Shown: positions 8,627 through 19,194, counted from the first letter of the stretch. The stretch: 64,000 nucleotides of DNA from Candidatus Wolframiiraptor gerlachensis (GCA_021323375.2 JAJPCT020000016.1:1-64000); one strand, 5' to 3'. Notes: generated by a model not told the origin, from the sequence alone. A program made the numbers and translations.

Positions 8627-10194
8627 AGCTCCATCAGCCTCCTGAACTCCTCATTAGTGTATACTGCCCCTATAACTCCACTCCTTATAGAGATTACCTT
8701 GTCACATAGAATGGCATACTCCTTCGGATCGTCGCTCACGAGAACCATCGCTATGCCATTCTTCTTCATCTCGAGTAAGACCTCGTATATTTCCTCTCTC
8801 GCCCCGACATCTATGCCTATCGTCGGGTCCTCGAGTATGAGTATCTTCGGGCTCTTCTCAAGCCACTTGCCGACTGACACCTTCTGCTTATTTCCTCCAC
8901 TTAACGAGTAACATTCGGTTTCTACACTTGGCGCCCTTATCTTAAGCTTCTTCATTATCTTGTCCGCCAACAATCTCTCTGCATTAAAGCTTATCACCGA
9001 GATTATCTTCAGTGGCTTCTTCGTGACTTTCTCAAAGTTCACTATTGACACATTCTTTCTTATAGGCCAGAAGAGGAAAAGCTCTTTCCCGGTCTCGCCT
9101 GAGAAATATCCTATGCCCAGCTTAACCCTTGCATAGGGTTCACTTTTTAGCTTAACTTCTTTGCCATCTACGAGGATCTTGCCAGTGTCGGCGGCTATCT
9201 CCCCGTATAGCGCCTTGGCTATCTCACTCTTACCGCATCCAGCTGGGCCAAATAGGCCTATGCACTCCCCCTCATGAAGGTCGAAGGAGATGTTTTCGAA
9301 GTAGCCCTTCTTCGTCAGGTTTTGCACAGATAAGACTATGCGTCTCCCTTCCACTGCGCCCACGCCATATACATATCTTGCCCATAAGTCATAGTAGGAT
9401 TCCCTTCCAACTATCTCCCTGAAGATCTGATCCTCGGTAATCTTCTCCGATGAAAGATCATGATGTGCGACCACCTTTCCATCCCTCAGCACATAGATAC
9501 GATCACTGAACTTCATCACTTCTGGGATTATGTGGGAGACGAAGATAAATGAGTTTGATTTCTTTAAGTTAAGAAGGTAATTAAATAGTTCGTCTCTCTC
9601 CTCAAGTGAGAGAGGGGCTGTCGGCTCGTCAAGTATTATAACTGGCGTTATCTCCGACCCGCCATCCATCCCTACCACTAACCTGACACTCAATATCGCT
9701 CGAGCTATCTCAACCATCTTCTGAGTCGATAGCGGAAGCTCATACATGCTACTTGCGAGATCGCATTTTAACCCAAGCTCCTCAAAAACGGATTTTGCTA
9801 AGCCGATTATTTTCCCGAGCTGTAGCCTCCCAAGCCTCGTAAACTTCTCCTCAAGGCCTAGAAACAGAAACTGATAAACCTTCAAATGTGGTATGACCCC
9901 CCTTTCCTGATAGACTATTGAGATTCCCCTACTAAGAGCATCTAAGGGGTCCTTCGGGAATGGGACTCTTCTCCCCATGTGATACATCTCTCCGCTGTCC
10001 GGCTGATAGACCCCAACTAAGATCTTCATTAAAGTGGATTTTCCGGCCCCATTCTCGCCAACAACACTCACTATTTCGTTTCTCCGAACCATAATGCTAA
10101 CATTGTCAAGCGCCCTAACAACTCTATCGAAAGTCTTGGAAACATTCCTGACTTCAATAATAGGGTCTGAAGCATTCATTACAGTCACACTCAC
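8623..10194 (-). CDS. Sugar ABC transporter ATP-binding protein (RbsA-like, two NBDs)
   Basis: GENGAGKST, ILDEPT, LSGGNKQKV and PTIGIDVGA motifs. Confidence 0.95.
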   Translation of the reverse strand: MSVTVMNASDPIIEVRNVSKTFDRVVRALDNVSIMVRRNEIVSVVGENGAGKSTLMKILVGVYQPDSGEMYHMGRRVPFPKDPLDALSRGISIVYQERGVIPHLKVYQFLFLGLEEKFTRLGRLQLGKIIGLAKSVFEELGLKCDLASSMYELPLSTQKMVEIARAILSVRLVVGMDGGSEITPVIILDEPTAPLSLEERDELFNYLLNLKKSNSFIFVSHIIPEVMKFSDRIYVLRDGKVVAHHDLSSEKITEDQIFREIVGRESYYDLWARYVYGVGAVEGRRIVLSVQNLTKKGYFENISFDLHEGECIGLFGPAGCGKSEIAKALYGEIAADTGKILVDGKEVKLKSEPYARVKLGIGYFSGETGKELFLFWPIRKNVSIVNFEKVTKKPLKIISVISFNAERLLADKIMKKLKIRAPSVETECYSLSGGNKQKVSVGKWLEKSPKILILEDPTIGIDVGAREEIYEVLLEMKKNGIAMVLVSDDPKEYAILCDKVISIRSGVIGAVYTNEEFRRLMEL

Positions 10195-10261
10195 CCGAAG
10201 AATAAAAAGAAAATGAGAGTTAAAAAATATTTGGTGTATTTACTGTGTTCTATGGATGTCG

Positions 10262-11926
10262 CTAATCCCCGACCTTACCCCAGAGTGGCTCTAGCTTTAA
10301 TCCCTCGGCCTCAGCTGCCTTAATCTTCGCCTCGTTGTCGCTCCAAGTGTCCCAGTTGAGGTCGAGGAAGTACTTCATCGTTAATCCGAACTGCTTTCTG
10401 AAGGATTCGAGGTTCTCTCCCTTCGTCCTGTCCTCGGTGACTTTCATCCTGCCCATTAATGGCACATAATAGAAGTCGTTTGCTGTTAAGTAGTTCTTCG
10501 CATGCCTGTCGTATGTTAGATTAAGCTCCTTACACTTGCCAACAGACAGCGTCCTGAAGTCATATGGGTACAGTGTGGACGGATAGACTTCGCTGATCTT
10601 CAGGAAGTCTAGAAGCTTTGCTGCATCAACAACGATGAAGTTCGGGTGCCACCATAGGCCCGAGTTCTTAATAAGCTCCTCATTCTCCTCCTTGACGCCT
10701 GATGTTGATAGGTTTAGAACCGTTGTAACCCATGGTGACTGGACCATCTCATCTCTCAGCGGATATGAAGCTCCAGTGACTGCATCATATGTATCAGCAA
10801 CACGCTTTCCACCGAAGTACTGGAACTCGGTCAGCGAAGTAACGAACCAAGCGCCCTTGATCACCTCCTCAACACAGGCGACAATAGCATCCCTAGCGGC
10901 TGCAAAGGGTCCTATGTCAATCCCTCGCTCCTTGAATACTGAGACTGTGCCCATGGCCTGGTCATCATTGTGGCCCCAGACAGCTTCATAATCGGTTCTA
11001 ACGGCCAGCGCATCCTCTCCAGCCTTTCTGCCTCCTGGATAAGCCCACTCACCCCAATAGTGCCCAAGTAGCAGTATGAATGGATACCTTCTCCAAGCAA
11101 TCGAGATACCTTGGTTAATCAATGCTGTGGAGTCTGGGGCGATTGTCTTTGAGGACTGTACATGCAGGACCTTGCTCTTGCCATACTTCCTCATCTTCTC
11201 GAAGAGTAGTGTCATGCAGTGGAAGCTCATCTCATCAGACATCGTGCTGAACTCTAGGAACCAGTATGGACCCCTATCGCCGGGCAGTAGAGCCGGATCC
11301 CTGCACCATGCAGTAGCAGCAAACACCTTGTTAGCCTCACAAAGCCTGACTATCTCCTCCATAGCAGCGAGGGCTGGAGCCCAGTAAACGACACCCTTAG
11401 CTCCAGCCGCGATCAGGGAGTCCGTGGCCTCCACGGCCTTTAGGGCCTCAGCGCCAATCTCAATTCCCTTGAAGTCCAGCTCAAGCTGCTTGCATGCCTG
11501 ATCCGCGCCCTGATAATCGTATTTCGGCGCCTCTTGGGCCAAGGTCCAAGTAACATATCCCACGAGGAACTTCTCGCCCGGCTTGCCAGTGGCATATCTC
11601 TGAGCTAGCTCCCTCCTCATCTCCGCGAGGCCAGGAGCTACAGGAGCAGCCGTCACCGTAGTGGTAACGGTCTCCCTCACGGTCGTAGTGACAGTCCGCT
11701 CTGCAGCCGCCACCGTGGTAGTAACAGTCTCCCTTATAGTTGTCGGTACGGTTACTGTTTCGGCAGGAGCTGCCGGTTTCGCGAAATAACCGACAATCCC
11801 TCCTACTACAAGACCTGCGACTGCAGCTCCGGCTACCTTGGCAGCGGTCCCAACAGCCTTCCTCCGAGTCATCCTAGCCTTTAGCATATCCAACCTCTCA
11901 AAATTCTCCTTCTCCGACATACTCAT
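10262..11926 (-). CDS. Sugar ABC transporter substrate-binding protein, Tat/TM-anchored with Thr-rich linker
   Basis: TRRK signal, TM helix, TVTTTV repeats and a periplasmic-binding-protein type I core (GHNDDQAMG); first gene of the ABC operon. Confidence 0.85.
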   Translation of the reverse strand: MSMSEKENFERLDMLKARMTRRKAVGTAAKVAGAAVAGLVVGGIVGYFAKPAAPAETVTVPTTIRETVTTTVAAAERTVTTTVRETVTTTVTAAPVAPGLAEMRRELAQRYATGKPGEKFLVGYVTWTLAQEAPKYDYQGADQACKQLELDFKGIEIGAEALKAVEATDSLIAAGAKGVVYWAPALAAMEEIVRLCEANKVFAATAWCRDPALLPGDRGPYWFLEFSTMSDEMSFHCMTLLFEKMRKYGKSKVLHVQSSKTIAPDSTALINQGISIAWRRYPFILLLGHYWGEWAYPGGRKAGEDALAVRTDYEAVWGHNDDQAMGTVSVFKERGIDIGPFAAARDAIVACVEEVIKGAWFVTSLTEFQYFGGKRVADTYDAVTGASYPLRDEMVQSPWVTTVLNLSTSGVKEENEELIKNSGLWWHPNFIVVDAAKLLDFLKISEVYPSTLYPYDFRTLSVGKCKELNLTYDRHAKNYLTANDFYYVPLMGRMKVTEDRTKGENLESFRKQFGLTMKYFLDLNWDTWSDNEAKIKAAEAEGLKLEPLWGKVGD

Positions 11927-12030
11927 TTTCTCACATAGAATGCGAGATCAACCAAGAAATAAAGCTTTCTAACGCATAATGTTATGCCTGCGTTATCTAA
12001 TGACCATGCAGTAGATGCTTAACCAACCTA

Positions 12031-12046
12031 ATTGAATTAATTCAAT
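12031..12046. promoter_or_regulatory. Perfect 16-bp palindrome in a divergent promoter region (candidate operator)
   Basis: ATTGAATTAATTCAAT between the divergent SBP and thermosome genes. Confidence 0.35.
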
Positions 12047-12147
12047 CAAGCAAGTATGGGTCTTATTAACGTTAAGCTCGGTTTTCATTTAATTTATGCG
12101 GGAGGAAGACATACATTTAGATTGGAGTAGTTTCTTATCTATGTTTT

Positions 12148-13788
12148 GTGGATGACCTGATGTCTGAAAGAAGTTATATAATTCGTAATCCCTTCTTGCT
12201 ACATCGTGAGGGTGTTCTTAGGTCTCGGGGTGAGAAGGCCAGGGAGGGGAATATTAGGGTGGCTAAGACTATGGCCGAGTTTCTGAGGAGTTCTCTGGGG
12301 CCTATGGGCATGGGCAAGCTTATGATAAACAAGTTCGGCGATACCGCTGTTACGAGAGATGGCGCAGTTATACTTGATATGATGGATGTATATCACCCGG
12401 TTGCCAAGTTTTTGAAAGAGGCCGCCAAGAGTATTGAAAGTAGCGTCGGAGATGGAACGAAGACGACAATAATATTGGTTGGAGAGCTTGTAAAGCGAGC
12501 TGAAAGGTTGCTCCAGAGCAGGATACAGCCAGGGGTCATAGTTAGTGGATACAAGAGGGCATGCGAGATAGCCTTAAGATGTATGAAAGGTCTTTCCAAG
12601 ACGTTTGATATAAGTGACCTAGAGATAATGAGGAAGATCGTAAGGAATATGATTGGCACAAGGGGAATTGAGGGCGCTGTTGATCACCTCACCAATCTCG
12701 TTACTGAGGCCATAAATATCGTAATTGAGTTCAGGGGTGGTAAGGCTATCATAGACAAGGACTTGGTTCATATAATCAAGAAGCCTGGGAAGGACATCTT
12801 GGAAAGTGAACTTATCAGGGGAGTCATTATTGATAAGAGGCTAGCGCATCCGATGATGCCTAAAAGAGTTGTCGGAGCAAGGGTTGCTGTCCTCGATATG
12901 GCCTTGAAGGTTGATCCGTTTAAGCATCTTCAGCCATATAAAAGAGAAATACATGTTTACAGGAATGGGCTGGTTAAGAGATTCCTCGAGGAGGAAGATG
13001 AGATCGAGAAGAATTTTGTTAGGCGAATAGTCTCCACTGGGGCAAATGTAGTCATTTGTAGAAAGCGCATCGGAAGAGTAGCGAAGCATGAGTTTGCGAA
13101 GGCTGGGGTTATGGCTGTTGAAAGGCTTCTCAAGGATGAGCGGATAGAGCCTATTATAAGAGCTACGGGCGCTGTGAGGGTTGCGAATCTTCAAGATCTC
13201 AGGGAAGAAGATTTAGGACATGCAGACTTAGTTGAGGAGCGAAAGATCGGAGGAGACCGTATGATAGTTATTGAAGGAGGTAAGGCCTCTAAGGTGGCCA
13301 CGATACTTTTGAGGGGTGACCCACATCAAGCAGATGAGGTGGAGCGCGCTATAAAGGATGCCGTGGTCATGGTCTCCAACCTCGTCAATGAGCCAGCATA
13401 TGTTCCCGGAGGGGGAGCAATCGAGGAGGCTCTCTCGATATTTGTTAGAAATGAGTCGCTCAAGTATTCGGGGAAGGAGCAAATCGCGATGCAAGCATTT
13501 GCCAATTCTCTAGAGGCTATACCTGTATTACTGGCCCGCAATTCTGGGCTCGATCCAACGAACATAGTAACAGAGCTAAGAACAAAACATGTTGAAGGTA
13601 TGCACGAGTATGGGATAGACGTTTACTCCAAAGGTATTGTAAATACCATTGAGGCCGGCTTAATAGAGCCCCTAGTAGTCAAAGAACAGGTCTTGAAAAC
13701 TTGCACGGAAGTTGCCTCGGCAATAATCAGAATAGATGATGTAATTGATAGGAGATACGCAAAAAGGCATCGAGGAGAGATTCCTTAA
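12148..13788 (+). CDS. Divergent group II chaperonin (thermosome subunit paralogue)
   Basis: SLGPMGMGKL, TRDGAVIL, VGDGTKT, VPGGGA and IRIDDVI motifs. Confidence 0.9.
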   Translation: MDDLMSERSYIIRNPFLLHREGVLRSRGEKAREGNIRVAKTMAEFLRSSLGPMGMGKLMINKFGDTAVTRDGAVILDMMDVYHPVAKFLKEAAKSIESSVGDGTKTTIILVGELVKRAERLLQSRIQPGVIVSGYKRACEIALRCMKGLSKTFDISDLEIMRKIVRNMIGTRGIEGAVDHLTNLVTEAINIVIEFRGGKAIIDKDLVHIIKKPGKDILESELIRGVIIDKRLAHPMMPKRVVGARVAVLDMALKVDPFKHLQPYKREIHVYRNGLVKRFLEEEDEIEKNFVRRIVSTGANVVICRKRIGRVAKHEFAKAGVMAVERLLKDERIEPIIRATGAVRVANLQDLREEDLGHADLVEERKIGGDRMIVIEGGKASKVATILLRGDPHQADEVERAIKDAVVMVSNLVNEPAYVPGGGAIEEALSIFVRNESLKYSGKEQIAMQAFANSLEAIPVLLARNSGLDPTNIVTELRTKHVEGMHEYGIDVYSKGIVNTIEAGLIEPLVVKEQVLKTCTEVASAIIRIDDVIDRRYAKRHRGEIP

Positions 13789-13866
13789 GCCCGCTAATAG
13801 CTTGGACTTCACGCATGCATAACGTTTATTTCCCATCACAACATCTAAGATTCTTGATGAGATGTC

Positions 13867-15417
13867 ATGTCACCCCAGTATTTCATTGGAGTTGATATAG
13901 GAACCGCTGGGACAAAGGCAACTATAATCGATGAGGAGGGAAGGCAGCTTGCTATAGCCTACGAAGAATCCAAGCTCTATTATCCAAGGGTGGGCTGGGT
14001 TGAGCAGAAGCCTGAAGACTTCTACTCCTCAGCCGTAAATACTGTAAGGGAGATATTGAAGAAGTCACAGGTGGATCCAAAAGATGTTGCCTCTATAGCC
14101 TTTAGCGGTCAGATGGCCGGGATACTAGGCATAGATAAAAACTGGGATCCCGTGATTCCCTATGACTCATGGCTTGATATAAGATGTAAGAAGTACATTG
14201 ATATGCTTGCGGAGAAATATGCTGACCTTTTGATAGAGGTTACCGGTGTTCCACCCACAGTTGATCATCTTCCTAAGATGATGTGGTGGAAGCATGAGAG
14301 GCCCGAGATATTCGAGAGGATCTATAAGTTCACTGTTCCAGCGGTGTATGTTGCGGGCAGATTTGCCGGGCTTAGGGGGGATGATGCCTTCTACGACTAC
14401 ACATATGTCACCTTCACGGGGCTGTTCGATATCAGGCGGATGGAGTGGTCTGAGGAACTCAGTAAAACCTTTGATCTCCCACTTGATAAGCTTCCAAGAG
14501 TGGTGAAGCCTTGGGATATCGTAGGAGAGCTAACATCGGAGGAGGCAGGGAGACTAGGCCTCGTTAAAGGAATACCTGTAGTTGCTGGAGCGGGCGATGG
14601 CATGGCATGCTCCCTCGGAGCAGGACTTACGGAGCCCGGAATATGCCTCGACATAGCTGGAACAGCCTCAGCGTTCTATGTGTCGGTCGACACGATAGTG
14701 CCTGACACAAAGTATAAGACACTGCTCCATCTTAAGTCTGTTGTTCCAGAGTTATGGAATATCGGCGCATATATCAACGGTGGAGGCCTATGTCTTAGAT
14801 GGTTTAGAGACGAGATCGCAAAAGATGTTAAGATTGAGGCCGAGAAGAGGGGCATAGACCCGTATAAGCTGTTAGATGAAATGGCCTCAAAGGTTCCCGA
14901 GGGATCGGAGGGCCTCTTCTTCATACCGCATCTTGGTGGAAGGGCCTACCCGTATAACCCTAGGCTACGCGGCCTATGGATAGGATACACTTGGAAGCAT
15001 ACCATGGCACATTTCTACAGGTCGATTCTCGAGGGAATAGCCTACGAATATCATCACTACCTAAGGATATTGAGAGAACTCTTGAGAAATGTGAAGATCA
15101 CAGAGGTTAGGGGTATAGGTGGTGGGAGCAAAAGTCTGATCTGGAGTCAGATTAAAGCCGATATACTTGGAGTGCCATATGTCTTGCTGAACCAAGAGGA
15201 GTTCGCCGCGTTAGCCCTTGCGGTTATTGGTGGATACGCGGTTAAGGCCTTTAAGGACTACAAGAGGACAATAAACGAGTGGGTGAAGCCCGTTAAGCGA
15301 ATAGAGCCGAGAATGGACATTCATGAGAAATATCTACGGTATGCGGAGTTCTATGAAAAGCTGATCGTGAAATCGGATCTCCTCTTCGAGGGGCATGAAC
15401 GACTAGTCGAAGAATAG
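13867..15417 (+). CDS. FGGY-family carbohydrate kinase (xylulokinase-like)
   Basis: IGVDIGT, GWVEQ.P, SGQM, GAGDG and GGGSKS motifs. Confidence 0.9.
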   Translation: MSPQYFIGVDIGTAGTKATIIDEEGRQLAIAYEESKLYYPRVGWVEQKPEDFYSSAVNTVREILKKSQVDPKDVASIAFSGQMAGILGIDKNWDPVIPYDSWLDIRCKKYIDMLAEKYADLLIEVTGVPPTVDHLPKMMWWKHERPEIFERIYKFTVPAVYVAGRFAGLRGDDAFYDYTYVTFTGLFDIRRMEWSEELSKTFDLPLDKLPRVVKPWDIVGELTSEEAGRLGLVKGIPVVAGAGDGMACSLGAGLTEPGICLDIAGTASAFYVSVDTIVPDTKYKTLLHLKSVVPELWNIGAYINGGGLCLRWFRDEIAKDVKIEAEKRGIDPYKLLDEMASKVPEGSEGLFFIPHLGGRAYPYNPRLRGLWIGYTWKHTMAHFYRSILEGIAYEYHHYLRILRELLRNVKITEVRGIGGGSKSLIWSQIKADILGVPYVLLNQEEFAALALAVIGGYAVKAFKDYKRTINEWVKPVKRIEPRMDIHEKYLRYAEFYEKLIVKSDLLFEGHERLVEE

Positions 15418-15576
15418 TCCTTTGTTCCTTCATTATGGACGAGGCTGGAGTCGCCATGGAGAAAATGTTTATCATTTTTCGCGGGATTCTAATAACATAT
15501 CTCTAAGTTTATGACCTAGGATATAGAGGGAATATTTATCACTAGGAGGTTAGCGGTCATCTCACGGTGAAAGATT

Positions 15577-17439
15577 ATGGTATCTACAGATGCTCAGAAG
15601 TGGAAGGGGGTCATGGGAAGACTTCTGAGGATAAATCTCTCGACCGGGAAGATTACAGTTGAGGATATCCACCTCCCCTGGATTCAGAAGTACTTGGGTG
15701 GTAGGGGGCTTGCAGCGAGATACTATTATGAGGAAGTTGAACCGAATGTTGACCCATTATCTCCGGAGAATAAGCTGATATTCATGAACGGGATAATGAC
15801 AGGCGTTCCGGCCTTCGGCTCGACAAAGTCGTATATTGTCTCGAAGTCTCCTCTTACTGGGCACTATTCAGTAACGAATGCTGGTGGATATTTTGGCGCC
15901 CATTTGAAGTGGGCTGGATATGATGGTATTATTATCGAGGGCAGGGCTAGCAGCCCCGTGTACATCTCGATAGTGGATGAGAATGTCGAGGTAAGAGATG
16001 CGAGTAGCGTTTGGGGGATGAAGACTACTGAGGCTCAGGATGCGATTAGGGAGGAGGTTGGCGATAAGCGGGCCTCTGTCGCCTGCATCGGCCCAGCAGG
16101 TGAGAAGCTATCGAGAATTGCGTCGGTCATGGTTGATCATTCAAGTCGTAGGGGAGGGGCCTTTGGGAGGGGCGGATTCGGCGCCATCATGGGTTCAAAA
16201 AACCTGAAAGGGATTGCCGTTCTCGGGACAAAAAGTGTGGAGCTCGCGGATCCAGATAGCTTACGAAGCTACCTGAAGGAGCATATTAAGGAGCTTAAGG
16301 AGACGACTGGAAACCACACAAAATATGGTACGCTCCAGTATACTGGGCCGCTCTATGAACTTGGAGCATACCCGCTTATGAACTTCACTAGGACGAGGGT
16401 TGATGACGAGTCTCTAATGAGGGATCTCTACGCTGAGGTTATGAGGAGCTGCTACCTCGCTAAGGATGTCGCGTGCGCGAACTGTCCAGTTGCTTGTGGA
16501 AAGTTTTTGGAGGTGAGGGAGGGGCCTTGGAGAGGTGCAAAGTGCAAGGTGGAGTATGAGACTCTTTGGTCACTCGGCCCCCATTGTGGAGTCTTCGATT
16601 ACAACGCCATAATAGCTGCTCACCAGCTAGTTGATGAGTATGGTTTTGACGGGATATCAGCTGGTTATACCGTCGGATTCGCCATGGAACTCTATGAACG
16701 CGGCATAATAGATAAGGAGTTCACTGGGGGCATTGATCTGAGGTTTGGGAATGGCGAGGCTGAGATCCAGCTGCTTGAGCTCATGGGTGAGAGGAGGGGT
16801 GTTGGGGAGATCTTCGCAGACGGCTCCGTCGCCGCTGCTGAGAGAATTGGAAAGGGCTCGATAAAGTATGTTATGCACGTTAAAAGGCAGGAGTTCGCCG
16901 CATACGAGCCGAGAGCATTCTATGGCATCGGGCTGGCTTATGCGACCTCCTCAAGGGGCGCCTGCCATAATGTCGGTGGCTGGACCATCAGGGATGAGCT
17001 CCTCAAGCCGAAAATTGATAGATTCGCCATCAAAGGCAAGGGCTCGCTTGTCAAGACCCTTCAAGATGTCAGAGCATACATAGACTCGATCGCGTTATGC
17101 ACGATACCAAGGCGGTCGCTAAACCTTACAGACGATCCAAGCCCCGAGGTCGTAAACTATGTCACGGGCGCTGGGCTTACTGGAAGAGATCTCATAATAG
17201 CGGGGGAGAGGGTTTACACACTTGAGAGAGTGATCCTGAATCGCGAGGGCATAACTAGGAAGGATGACATACTACCGCCTAGGATAATGTATGAGCCGGT
17301 GCCGGATGGGCCTGCTAAGGGTCATAGAATCTCACCCGCGATGCTCGACTTCATGCTCGATGAGTATTATGAGGCGAGAGGCTGGGACTCTAATGGTGTT
17401 GTGAGGGAAGAGACTAAGAGGAGGCTCGAGATAATCTAA
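15577..17439 (+). CDS. aor: Aldehyde:ferredoxin oxidoreductase (tungstopterin AOR family)
   Basis: SKSPLTG, CIGPAGE, GRGGFGAIMGSKNLK, CANCPVAC, EYET and RGACH motifs. Confidence 0.92.
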   Translation: MVSTDAQKWKGVMGRLLRINLSTGKITVEDIHLPWIQKYLGGRGLAARYYYEEVEPNVDPLSPENKLIFMNGIMTGVPAFGSTKSYIVSKSPLTGHYSVTNAGGYFGAHLKWAGYDGIIIEGRASSPVYISIVDENVEVRDASSVWGMKTTEAQDAIREEVGDKRASVACIGPAGEKLSRIASVMVDHSSRRGGAFGRGGFGAIMGSKNLKGIAVLGTKSVELADPDSLRSYLKEHIKELKETTGNHTKYGTLQYTGPLYELGAYPLMNFTRTRVDDESLMRDLYAEVMRSCYLAKDVACANCPVACGKFLEVREGPWRGAKCKVEYETLWSLGPHCGVFDYNAIIAAHQLVDEYGFDGISAGYTVGFAMELYERGIIDKEFTGGIDLRFGNGEAEIQLLELMGERRGVGEIFADGSVAAAERIGKGSIKYVMHVKRQEFAAYEPRAFYGIGLAYATSSRGACHNVGGWTIRDELLKPKIDRFAIKGKGSLVKTLQDVRAYIDSIALCTIPRRSLNLTDDPSPEVVNYVTGAGLTGRDLIIAGERVYTLERVILNREGITRKDDILPPRIMYEPVPDGPAKGHRISPAMLDFMLDEYYEARGWDSNGVVREETKRRLEII

Positions 17440-17445
17440 TGCGAG

Positions 17446-18042
17446 GTGGATGAGATGGGCTCGGAATTCCCATCAAGGGCAATCACCATAGATCTGAAGA
17501 GTTTTGTGATGACCCCTGCTACCCGCAAGAGGGAGGTTAGGCTCAGCGAGCTGAAGGACTACTTTAGCGATCCTGAGGCCGCCGATAAAATCCTCTCATC
17601 CGGCAGGGATCCGATAGTCTACGAGTATTACGAGTATGTTGTCGAGGAGTCCACAGGCCATTTAAGCCTCGGGTTGACGATAATTTATCCGGGGAAGGTT
17701 GGGAAGGAGTATTTCATGACTAGAGGACACTTCCATCTAAAGCCTGCCGCAGAGTTCTATTACGGGATTCGTGGTAAGGGAATGCTCTTAATACAGAGCG
17801 AGGATGGCAGGGTGGAGTATGTTGAGCTTAGACCCGGGGTTATCGGCTATGTTCCGCCAGGCTGGGGTCATAGAACGATAAACACGGGCAGGGGTAAGTT
17901 CGTGTTCTTCTTCGCCTATCCATCGGACGCGGGCCACGATTATGGGATAGTGAAGGAGAAGGGATTTGCGAAGATAGTCATTGAGGAGAAGGGTAAGCCG
18001 AAGGTTGTAGACAACCCCAAATATGCCAGCTCAACAATCTAG
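17446..18042 (+). CDS. Cupin-type glucose-6-phosphate isomerase family protein
   Basis: TIIYPGKVGKEYFMTRGHFH, VPPGWGHRTINTG and DAGHDY motifs. Confidence 0.9.
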   Translation: MDEMGSEFPSRAITIDLKSFVMTPATRKREVRLSELKDYFSDPEAADKILSSGRDPIVYEYYEYVVEESTGHLSLGLTIIYPGKVGKEYFMTRGHFHLKPAAEFYYGIRGKGMLLIQSEDGRVEYVELRPGVIGYVPPGWGHRTINTGRGKFVFFFAYPSDAGHDYGIVKEKGFAKIVIEEKGKPKVVDNPKYASSTI

Positions 18043-18086
18043 ATGTGTTCCCTATTTTCTTCTGAATCTAGCTTCGATTTTTATTT

Positions 18087-19118
18087 CTAAGGCTTTATCA
18101 GTACTCTAAGGCCTTCTCCTCTTAGCGTTGTCGAGAATGCTTCTAGGCCTTCTTTTAGCCCGAATATGTGGGTTATCAGGGGCTTAACATCGATAACTCC
18201 GGCCGCGACCAGTTCTAGAGTTTTCCTGAACTCATATGGTGTCTGCATCGATGTCCCGAGGACAACTATCTGCTTATAGTGTATGATGTTCGTATTTATC
18301 GGAACTTCCTCTTTTCCGGCTGGCAGGCCCGCGAAAAAGTTGACTCTCCCGCCCCTCGAAACTATTTTCAGCGCATCCTTCTGCGCGGCACCGACGCCAA
18401 CAGCAACTATAACCGCATCAGCTCCCTTGCCTCCCGTTATCTCCATCACCCTCTTCTCGATATCCTCCTTGGCCGAATTTATCACATAATCCGCCCCAAA
18501 CTTCGCCGCGATCTCGAGCCTCCTCTCATCAATCTCGCTCATGATAACCTTCGCCGCTCCAAATGCTTTTGCAAGCTTCAGGTGCATGAGCCCTATCGGA
18601 CCTGCGCCTATTATCGCGACCACGTCGCCCGGCCCTATCATGAGCTTCCTCTGGCCTCGGAAGCAGGCTGCAAGTGGCTCAACCAGCGAGGCCTCCTCAT
18701 AACTAAGATGACTAGGTATCTCGAGAACGCCTCCAACCTCGAATGCTTGGCCAGGAATGGCTACATACTCCGCAAATGACCCATCAACATCGATACCTAT
18801 TGCATATCTACTTGGACATAGAACATGCTCTCCCTCAAGGCAATATTCGCATCTGCCGCAGAAGATGTTTGGATTGACAACAACACGCTTACCAACATAT
18901 TCTCGATACTTCTCGCTCGCCTCAACAATCTCTCCAGCAAACTCGTGGCCTAGTGTTATGGGAATTTTGGTCCTAGCGCCAGTCGTATAGGCCTTTATAT
19001 CCGTCGCGCAGATTCCAGTGGCCTTAACCCTGAGTATAGCTCCATCACCCTCAAGCTTCGGCACATCAACATCCTCAAGCCTGAGATCCTCCTTACCATA
19101 AAGCCTCAACGCCAACAT
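18087..19118 (-). CDS. Zn-dependent polyol/sugar-alcohol dehydrogenase (MDR family)
   Basis: GICATD, GHE, CGRCEYC...C and GAGPIG motifs. Confidence 0.9.
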   Translation of the reverse strand: MLALRLYGKEDLRLEDVDVPKLEGDGAILRVKATGICATDIKAYTTGARTKIPITLGHEFAGEIVEASEKYREYVGKRVVVNPNIFCGRCEYCLEGEHVLCPSRYAIGIDVDGSFAEYVAIPGQAFEVGGVLEIPSHLSYEEASLVEPLAACFRGQRKLMIGPGDVVAIIGAGPIGLMHLKLAKAFGAAKVIMSEIDERRLEIAAKFGADYVINSAKEDIEKRVMEITGGKGADAVIVAVGVGAAQKDALKIVSRGGRVNFFAGLPAGKEEVPINTNIIHYKQIVVLGTSMQTPYEFRKTLELVAAGVIDVKPLITHIFGLKEGLEAFSTTLRGEGLRVLIKP

Positions 19119-19194
19119 ATCTAATCCGCACTTTCCACGGAGGACGCCTCTTAAAAGAATTTCGAAAGAATATAGAAAGCAGAAGCATCTTCAA

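Noticed and set aside
11640-11765. Repetitive DNA suggesting a repeat element
   Set aside because: It is explained by the Thr/Val-rich linker codons of the binding protein.
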